A stretch of 64,000 bases of DNA from NCBI GenBank assembly GCA_964596705.1, contig CAZQVG010000001.1, forward strand, positions 14,969 through 78,968. Direction: 5' to 3'. Numbering within the stretch: position 1 is the first letter of the stretch; the number at the start of each line of letters is the position of its first letter. Below the pieces are notes generated by a model. That model was given only the letters and a program-made list of their open reading frames with translations. It searched no databases and was not told the DNA's origin. The DNA comes from Candidatus Woesearchaeota archaeon. GTDB taxonomy: Archaea > Nanobdellota > Nanobdellia > SCGC-AAA011-G17 > PNOQ01. The position numbers and the translations under genes are program-made. This document shows, one piece after another, positions 58,608 through 64,000 of this stretch.

Positions 58608-59882
58608 TTAATACCCCCCGATTTTTTTCTTTCCAACATACTTTCTCAATGGTTTAGGAATTGTTATTGTCCCATCTTTATTTTGGAAATTTTCTATTAT
58701 TACTCTCATTGTCCTCGATGTTGCTATTGCGGTGTTGTTTAGTGTGTGTACATATTTTCTTTCTTCCCCTTTGATATACTTTATATTTGACCTCACTGCT
58801 TGATAACTTGTACAGTTTGAACATGATCCTACCTCTTTATATTCTTGTTCTCTAGGGAACCAAGCTTCAATATCATATTTTTTAGCTGCAACAGTACCAA
58901 TATCCCCTGTACATATATTTACAACCCTATAAGGGATCCCCAATTTTTTATATAGTTCTTCAGAATTTCTTTGTAATTCTTCAAACAAATCCCAAGAATC
59001 TTCTGGCTTTGAGATTATTACTTGTTCTACCTTATTAAATTGATGTACTCTGAATAAGCCCCTTGTATCTACTCCATGGCTTCCAATTTCCTTTCTGAAA
59101 CAAGGTGATATCCCCACGAATTTTAAGGGTAAATCTTTTTCTTGAAATACTTCGTTTGAATGTAATGCTACTAGAGGGTGTTCTGAAGTAGCAATTAAAT
59201 AAAGATCTTCTTTATCTATTTTATACATAACATTTTCAAAATCTGAAAGATCTGTTGTTCCAGAATATGCTTCTTTATTTAGCATTAAAGGCGGAAGAAT
59301 AGGAGTATATCCTTTTTTTACTAAAAAATCTACTGCAAATCTTTGTAGCGCCATATCTAGCAAAACAAGATCACTCAGAACATAATAAAAACCTGCACCT
59401 GAAACCTGTGAAGCTTTTTTGAAATTTGCTAATCCTATTTTTTCTAAAAACTCTCCATGAGGCATTAATTCAAAGTTTGGAATTTTTGGTTCTCCAAAAA
59501 ATCTTATTGGAACATTATCTTTTTCATCTTTTCCAATTGGAACCGATTCGTGCAAGATATTTGGCAACCTCATTAAATAAGAATCAATTTGTTGTTTTAA
59601 TTCATTCATTTCATTTTCAACATTAGTTATTTTCTCTGGAATAGATTTTGCAAGTTTTAGATGGTTCTCAATTGATTTTCCTTGTTGTTTTAATTCCCTA
59701 ATCTCGTTTGTTAACTCGTTTCTTTGTTTTCTTAATCTATCTGCTTTTTGTTTAAGGTTTCTCCACCTCTTGTCTTTTATTAATATTTCATCTACCCAAG
59801 AAATCTTATCAGATTGATCCCTCTTTTTTAAGTTATCTTTTATTATATCTGGATTATCTCTGACAAAATGTATGTCTAACAT
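58608..59882 (-). CDS. serS: seryl-tRNA synthetase
   Basis: N-terminal coiled coil, class II motifs 2 and 3 (FRKEIGSHGVDTRGLFRVHQF..., GTVAAKKYDIEAWFP). Confidence 0.9.
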   Translation of the reverse strand: MLDIHFVRDNPDIIKDNLKKRDQSDKISWVDEILIKDKRWRNLKQKADRLRKQRNELTNEIRELKQQGKSIENHLKLAKSIPEKITNVENEMNELKQQIDSYLMRLPNILHESVPIGKDEKDNVPIRFFGEPKIPNFELMPHGEFLEKIGLANFKKASQVSGAGFYYVLSDLVLLDMALQRFAVDFLVKKGYTPILPPLMLNKEAYSGTTDLSDFENVMYKIDKEDLYLIATSEHPLVALHSNEVFQEKDLPLKFVGISPCFRKEIGSHGVDTRGLFRVHQFNKVEQVIISKPEDSWDLFEELQRNSEELYKKLGIPYRVVNICTGDIGTVAAKKYDIEAWFPREQEYKEVGSCSNCTSYQAVRSNIKYIKGEERKYVHTLNNTAIATSRTMRVIIENFQNKDGTITIPKPLRKYVGKKKIGGY

Positions 59883-60021
59883 AGGATTTGAAAAAAAACA
59901 TAATTATATAAATGTTTTGATAGTTACTAATATAACAAAAATGTATGTTAGAAAACATATAATTTGTACTATATAAAGATTTAAATATACATGTTATATT
60001 ACAATCATTGGTGGGGAAAAC

Positions 60022-60291
60022 ATGACAAATAAAGACATTTTCGAGGTATTTTTTAGAAGGAAACCGTCGATGATATTGGTGGCTTTAAGAAACAACGCAA
60101 AGGCAAAATATGGGTCTGTTTTGGCTAAAGAGGTTGATTGTACATATTCACATGCAGTTAAGATTCTTCAAGAAATGGAAAAAAACAAGTTAGTTCAGTT
60201 TGAAAAGAAAGGAAGAATCAAGACTATCAAACTGACAGAGACTGGTGAGAGAATAGCAGATCACATAGAAAGAATCAGAAACTTATTATGA
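60022..60291 (+). CDS. winged-helix transcriptional regulator
   Basis: 89-aa wHTH (ILVALRNN..AKYGSVLAKEVDCTYSHAVKILQEMEKNKLV). Confidence 0.5.
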   Translation: MTNKDIFEVFFRRKPSMILVALRNNAKAKYGSVLAKEVDCTYSHAVKILQEMEKNKLVQFEKKGRIKTIKLTETGERIADHIERIRNLL

Positions 60292-60593
60292 CTTTTTCTA
60301 AAAGTTTTCCAAGGACAAGTGACAAGACGGCGTACCCAAGTTGGGAAGAGATTACTTTAAACGATGAAGAAGAAAGAGAAGTTGATAGGCGTGCTAGAGT
60401 AGAAAATATTAAATTAATGGAAGAATGTATTGAAGATGCCCGAAAAATATTCGAAAATAGTAACTTAAGAGATTATCAGAGCGATATAGTTCGTGTGGCT
60501 ATTTCTTTATTTGAAAAAAGAGCTTCTCATTCTGTATATTGGAAAGAGCGAGTTTGTAAAGATAAGTTTGATGAATTATTTAATAAAAAATGA
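60288..60593 (+). CDS. hypothetical acidic helical protein
   Basis: 101 aa; 4-nt ATGA overlap with the upstream regulator; stop is 1 nt from the tRNA-Lys 3' end. Confidence 0.35.
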   Translation: MTFSKSFPRTSDKTAYPSWEEITLNDEEEREVDRRARVENIKLMEECIEDARKIFENSNLRDYQSDIVRVAISLFEKRASHSVYWKERVCKDKFDELFNKK

Positions 60594-60594
60594 G

Positions 60595-60669
60595 TGGGCC
60601 CGACGGGATTTGAACCCGCGACCCCGTGGTTAAGAGCCACGTGCTCTAACCAAGCTGAGCTACGGACCC
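60595..60669 (-). tRNA. tRNA-Lys (CUU)
   Basis: Reverse complement GGGTCCG-TA-GCTC..GAGC-A-CGTGG[CTCTTAA]CCACG-GGGTC-GCGGG[TTCAAAT]CCCGT-CGGGCCC-A. No intron, no encoded CCA. Confidence 0.85.
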
Positions 60670-60717
60670 ACATCTAAGATTCTGAGAACTACTCGGCTTT
60701 AAAAATTTTTTGAAAAA

Positions 60718-61503
60718 CTAAGAAATAGATTTTGTGAATAAAACCCACCTAACTCCAATAAAGATGAGGAATAAAAAGTACGCTATGTTCACAACCCAAA
60801 GGATTACATTCCTGATTTGTGTTATTGCATATAATGCAACTATCAAAAAGGCAGATCCTGCACCGATTAATATCATTTGTTGTAAATTTTCCTTAGCGTA
60901 ATTAAGTGCATAATCTTTCATATCTGAACAGCCAGTATTTAAACATCTGCCATGATATTCAGTTCCATTAATTATTACCTTATATTCAGATAATCCTGTA
61001 ACATAATAATAAACAAATATCGTCCCAGTTATAATTGCAGAAACAACAATGAATGCTAAGAGATACCAGAGCAGCATTTTCCAATTAAATGGTTTTTTTG
61101 GTTTTTCTTCTTTTTTTTGCTCAATAGGTTTCTGTTTAGTTTGTTGTGCTGGCCCTGCTGCCTTAAATCCTTCTTCTATTAAGTTAGCTGGCCATCTTTT
61201 AGCAGTTAATGCATTTCTTATTGTTTCGTCTTTTATTCCCCTCTCTCGGGATTTTAAGATGAAATTTTTTAAGATTAGAATTTGTGCTTGAATTTTCTCA
61301 TTTCGAGTTTGTTGTGTGTTTGTTTTAGGTTGTTTTGAGATTTGATGAGAAATTAGTTTTTTGTTTGATTCTGCTAATTTAAATGCTTCAGATAATTCTT
61401 TTTTAGACCATCCGTTTTTTGTTAAGATTTTAGTAAGCTCATCTTTTGTATATCCCTTCTGAAGATGCCTTTTAAGATAATTAACTAATGCTAGATCAAC
61501 CAT
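60718..61503 (-). CDS. membrane protein with N-terminal cytoplasmic helical domain
   Basis: 261 aa; soluble N-terminal domain, a central TM, a Cys-containing external loop, two C-terminal TM helices. Confidence 0.4.
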   Translation of the reverse strand: MVDLALVNYLKRHLQKGYTKDELTKILTKNGWSKKELSEAFKLAESNKKLISHQISKQPKTNTQQTRNEKIQAQILILKNFILKSRERGIKDETIRNALTAKRWPANLIEEGFKAAGPAQQTKQKPIEQKKEEKPKKPFNWKMLLWYLLAFIVVSAIITGTIFVYYYVTGLSEYKVIINGTEYHGRCLNTGCSDMKDYALNYAKENLQQMILIGAGSAFLIVALYAITQIRNVILWVVNIAYFLFLIFIGVRWVLFTKSIS

Positions 61504-61573
61504 AATTTTATTTTTGAATTTGCTATTTAAAAAAGTTACTAATGGAAAATTATATAAATTCGTCTTTTAAATT

Positions 61574-62278
61574 ATGATTAAGATGAAAATTGAATTAAAT
61601 AAAACTCCACAAAATGTTAGAATAATAGAAGGTTTTCCTGGTTTTGGATTAATTGGTACTATAACAACGGAATATTTGTTAGACCATATTGACGACATAG
61701 AAAAAATTGGGTCAGTGTGGTTTAACGAAATGAATCCATTAATTGCAATCCATGAGGGAGAAGTTATTGACCCATTAGGGATATTTTATTCGAAAAAATA
61801 TAATTTAGTTTTATTACATGCAGTAACTAATGTAAATGGTGTCGAATGGAAACTCGCAGACGCTGTAAATGAAGTTGCAAAAAGATTAAAGGCAAAGGAG
61901 ATAATTTGTGTAGAAGGGATAGGTGCATTAAATAGAGTAAATGGCGGAGTTTATTATATCTCAAATTCGAATTTGGAGTCTGCAGGAGCCAAAAAAATGA
62001 GCGAAGGGATTGTTATGGGAGTTACTGCTGCAATATTATTGAAAACTAAAAATTTTCCATTATCATGTTTGTTAGCAGAAACGTCAAGTAATTTACCAGA
62101 TAGTAGAGCATCTGCTAGAGTGATAAAGGTATTAGATCAGTATTTGGGATTACAAGTAGATTATAAACCTTTATTAAAAAAAGCAGAAATGTTTGAGAAC
62201 AAATTGAAGGGAATTTTGAAGCAAGCTAATGTTGCAAAGAAAAAGAAAATAAAGAAGGAAATAAGCTATATGGGTTAG
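61574..62278 (+). CDS. PAC2-family proteasome assembly chaperone (PbaA/PbaB-like)
   Basis: IIEGFPGFGLIGTI N-terminal motif of the PAC2 family; 234 aa. Confidence 0.65.
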   Translation: MIKMKIELNKTPQNVRIIEGFPGFGLIGTITTEYLLDHIDDIEKIGSVWFNEMNPLIAIHEGEVIDPLGIFYSKKYNLVLLHAVTNVNGVEWKLADAVNEVAKRLKAKEIICVEGIGALNRVNGGVYYISNSNLESAGAKKMSEGIVMGVTAAILLKTKNFPLSCLLAETSSNLPDSRASARVIKVLDQYLGLQVDYKPLLKKAEMFENKLKGILKQANVAKKKKIKKEISYMG

Positions 62279-62308
62279 TTTTATATATTTTATTTACTTT
62301 CCTTTTTT

Positions 62309-62674
62309 ATGCACGATAATTCATTTTTAAAAAATATTTTAGTTTTTTTCTTTATTTTTATCGGGATTTATGTCATTAAAAATATTAACAATGTCTTTAT
62401 TGCAACAATAATAGTCTATTTTGTAGGAAGGTTATTTTTCAAATATAAGCCAAGTATTCTCGAGAATTTTGAAGATGGCCCAGTTAGATATACCTTGTTA
62501 TGCCACACATGTAATTGGGAATGGATGTCAAACGTAACAGACAAAAAATATTCAAAAAAATGTCCTAATTGTGGAGACGACTCTAAAATCGAGGTAATAG
62601 GGGTGAGAAAAGTAAGTAAGGCAGTAAAAAGAAGCAATAAAGATTTAACAAGTTATTTTAGAAAACAAAAATAA
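62309..62674 (+). CDS. membrane-anchored zinc-ribbon protein
   Basis: Two N-terminal TM helices, then CHTCNWEW...CPNCGDD Cys4 ribbon; 121 aa. Confidence 0.4.
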   Translation: MHDNSFLKNILVFFFIFIGIYVIKNINNVFIATIIVYFVGRLFFKYKPSILENFEDGPVRYTLLCHTCNWEWMSNVTDKKYSKKCPNCGDDSKIEVIGVRKVSKAVKRSNKDLTSYFRKQK

Positions 62675-62683
62675 AAGAAGAGA

Positions 62684-62863
62684 TTATCTCTTCTTTTTCT
62701 TTTTAGTTGTTTTTTTCTTTGTTACCTTCTTTTTTGCAGCGGTCTTTTTCTTTTTCTTACCGCCTCTTGCCATCTTTGCTTCACAAACGTTTCCGTTTGC
62801 GTCGACATAGTAAAGGTAACCTGGTTTTCTTTCAACTACATTCTTTGCAATAATTTTTCCCAA
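62684..62863 (-). CDS. unannotated 59-aa lysine-rich small protein (TTG start, strong SD)
   Basis: Absent from the ORF track (under 60 aa). AAAGGAGGTG lies 7 nt upstream of TTG. Translation MGKIIAKNVVERKPGYLYYVDANGNVCEAKMARGGKKKKKTAAKKKVTKKKTTKKKKKR. TATA TTTATATA about 45 nt upstream. Confidence 0.5.
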   Translation of the reverse strand: MGKIIAKNVVERKPGYLYYVDANGNVCEAKMARGGKKKKKTAAKKKVTKKKTTKKKKKR

Positions 62864-63072
62864 GCTTATTCACCTCCTTTTACGAGAATAATTTAATTAA
62901 ATTTTGAAATTACTCATATATAAATGTTATTGAACCCCTCGACGGTGAGACAAACATTTACATGTTTTAGTTTTTGATTAAATCTTTTAGGTACATAAAT
63001 TAATAAAACTTTTAATATATGCTTAAAATATTTTAGACCAATATCTTTTAATTTTCGCTTAAAACTTTTATT

Positions 63073-63897
63073 CTATAAATCATCCAATAAATTTGGAATT
63101 TTCTTTAACCTTTCACGTGTTACTTTCGTATATACTTGAGTCGTCGATACATCGGAATGTCCAAGCATCTCTTGGATTTCCCTAAGATTTACTCCTTTCT
63201 CTAGATAATGGGTAGCGAAGCTGTGCCTTAGTTTATGAGGAGTAACCTTTTTTTGTATATTTGCTCTTTTTGCTGCAATACGTATGATTTTTTGTATGTT
63301 TCTAGAGGTTAGATGCTCTTTATTTCGGCCAGGAAACAGATAAATTTCGTTTTCATCCAGGGTTTGAATATATTTTTTGATATCTTCTGCCAGATTTTTA
63401 GAAATATTGAAAGATCTATCTTTATTTCCTTTTCCTGCTCGCACCCAACCTTCAAGAGATTCGAGGTCTAAATCATTTATTTTTAATTTTATACACTCAC
63501 TTACCCGCAATCCAGTTGAATAAAGTATCCTTATAATTAATTTAGACTTTTTTGAAGGTGCTGATTCAATCAATCTTTTTACTTCTTCTTTTGTTAGCAC
63601 TTCTGGAAGTGATTTGGGAATTTTTGGGGATTTGAACTTAACTATATCCCTATGCATAACTTCATCAAAAAAGAATTTTAATGATGCTCTTTTTAGAGCA
63701 ATTGTTCTAGGAGATTGTTTTTTATCAGAAATGAGATGAGCAAAATACTCTTTTATGTCATCTTCTGTGATCTCCAGAGGATTTTTTTCAGAATATTCAA
63801 AAAATAATTTAGTGTTTAATAAATAAGATTTTATTGTTTGCTCTGAAAATCCCCTTAACTTTAACTCAATTTCTAATTTTTTTAGGTATTTTTCCAT
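63073..63897 (-). CDS. xerA: tyrosine recombinase XerA/XerC-like
   Basis: N-terminal SAM-like core-binding domain; catalytic residues R..HxxR..Y (LRHSFATHYLEKG...GHSDVSTTQVYTKV). Confidence 0.8.
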   Translation of the reverse strand: MEKYLKKLEIELKLRGFSEQTIKSYLLNTKLFFEYSEKNPLEITEDDIKEYFAHLISDKKQSPRTIALKRASLKFFFDEVMHRDIVKFKSPKIPKSLPEVLTKEEVKRLIESAPSKKSKLIIRILYSTGLRVSECIKLKINDLDLESLEGWVRAGKGNKDRSFNISKNLAEDIKKYIQTLDENEIYLFPGRNKEHLTSRNIQKIIRIAAKRANIQKKVTPHKLRHSFATHYLEKGVNLREIQEMLGHSDVSTTQVYTKVTRERLKKIPNLLDDL

Positions 63898-64000
63898 AAT
63901 TATCCCTCTTTTTTATGAAAAATACGGCAAAACTAGTATATAAAAGTTCGTATAATGTATCTTATGCGAACTTTTAGGCATATTTTGGTTATTTTACTGG

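Noticed and set aside
60595-63897. tRNA-Lys followed about 2.4 kb later by a tyrosine recombinase: possible tRNA-integrated mobile element
   Set aside because: The recombinase has XerA-like size and architecture (the chromosome dimer resolvase is universal in archaea). Intervening genes include a housekeeping PAC2 chaperone. No direct repeat of the tRNA 3' half was seen downstream. GC content and coding density are uniform.

Overview
AT-rich (about 30-35% GC) archaeal chromosomal segment, most likely from a small-genome DPANN-type archaeon; the Woesearchaeota/Pacearchaeota-like assignment is inference from low GC and compact genes. Evidence for archaeal origin: an archaeal/eukaryotic-type ribosomal protein set (L32e, L19e, S4e, L34e, L14e, S17e); the DNA replication core (family B DNA polymerase, MCM, RFC small and large subunits, FEN-1, primase PriS); TBP; aIF1A, aIF2-beta and SUI1; Alba; Cdc48; topoisomerase VI; and a mix of leaderless genes with TATA boxes 22-30 nt upstream and Shine-Dalgarno-led genes. 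The window is dominated by the conserved ribosomal protein supercluster L3...L15-SecY-DUF106-L34e-L14e (5.6-20.1 kb), which here lacks the adk and cmk genes usually embedded in it. Next come PriS, S17e, Alba, a CPA2 antiporter, tRNA-Met, a giant secreted subtilase, Topo VI A/B, and a translation-initiation cluster (aIF2-beta, aIF1A, Dim2-like KH protein). After that: MCM, TBP, IleRS, RFC, HtpX, a HerA-like ATPase, Trm5, FEN-1, PolB, MetAP, Dus, Cdc48, RadB-like, Topo IA, SerRS, tRNA-Lys, a PAC2-like chaperone and a XerA-like recombinase. Two tRNAs were found by eye (Met-CAU, Lys-CUU). No CRISPR array, rRNA or obvious mobile element was seen. Second-look items: secreted and surface proteins (Cys-rich small proteins, a TSP3-repeat W-rich protein, a 1174-aa S8 protease with FG-GAP-like repeats); a stand-alone PP2C/SpoIIE phosphatase; an extended PriS with a PriL/PriX-like helical C-terminus; an uncharacterised ORF between rfcS and rfcL; an RPA32-like OB/wH protein beside MCM; K/E-rich low-complexity tails on ribosomal proteins; a 59-aa lysine-rich protein with TTG start and strong SD; and a GC-rich structured intergenic element that may be an ncRNA.
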